Below, piece after piece: positions 63,906 to 64,000 of a stretch of 64,000 nucleotides of DNA. How positions within the stretch are numbered: the first letter of the stretch is position 1; the number at the start of each line of letters is the position of its first letter. The translations under genes were made by a program, and so were the position numbers. This DNA is from Candidatus Bathyarchaeota archaeon (GTDB lineage Archaea > Thermoproteota > Bathyarchaeia > Bathyarchaeales > Bathycorpusculaceae): contig CAWEPZ010000011.1 of NCBI GenBank assembly GCA_963811105.1, positions 928,001 to 992,000 of the forward strand. Direction: 5' to 3'. Below the pieces are notes generated by a model that saw only the letters and a program-made list of their open reading frames with translations, was not told the origin of the DNA and ran no database searches.

Positions 63906-64000
63906 GAAACCTATAAAACTTTAACGGAAAATACCTAAAAAAGATAGTTACCACAGACACCACATATACTCCTAACCGAAAAAAAATAACCAGCCTAATC

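Noticed and set aside
1-64000. Integrase, transposase or reverse transcriptase gene explaining the sites
   Set aside because: No ORF or fragment with R-H-x-x-R/Y, DDE or YxDD signatures was recognised; any enzyme would have to act in trans or has been lost.

Overview
Archaeal accessory region, most consistent with Bathyarchaeia. This is inferred from the PQQ-type beta-propeller and YVTN surface proteins, PEF-like C-terminal anchors and GGTGA/GGAG RBSs; no marker gene is present. The window has many single-base frameshifts that may be consensus errors. Layout: (1) 1-4.4 kb, surface and hypothetical genes separated by a dispersed ~55-bp repeat. (2) 4.8-33 kb, a large defence island: two UvrD-nuclease fusions, NucS-like, EVE-REase and SRA-like genes, a DISARM-like SNF2 helicase / type IIG N6-MTase / DEAH-DUF1998-nuclease operon, an AbiE-like pair, a truncated prokaryotic viperin and a wHTH-Rep-like gene. 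(3) 33-35.5 kb, a mobile-element relic with inverted paralogues. (4) 35.6-40.7 kb, a giant surface protein with 219-bp tandem repeats. (5) 41-64 kb, small stress and redox genes plus four type II TA modules. The most notable unexplained signal is a family of intergenic hybrid sites: an A-tract/GGGAA, a GGWG-N4-CWCC-ACT box, a fixed ~8-nt spacer, then the T-arm and 3' end of varying tRNAs. These sites delimit single-gene units much as integron cassette sites do. In addition, tRNA-Cys 3' fragments sit directly behind two vapBC modules. No integrase, complete tRNA, rRNA or CRISPR array was seen.
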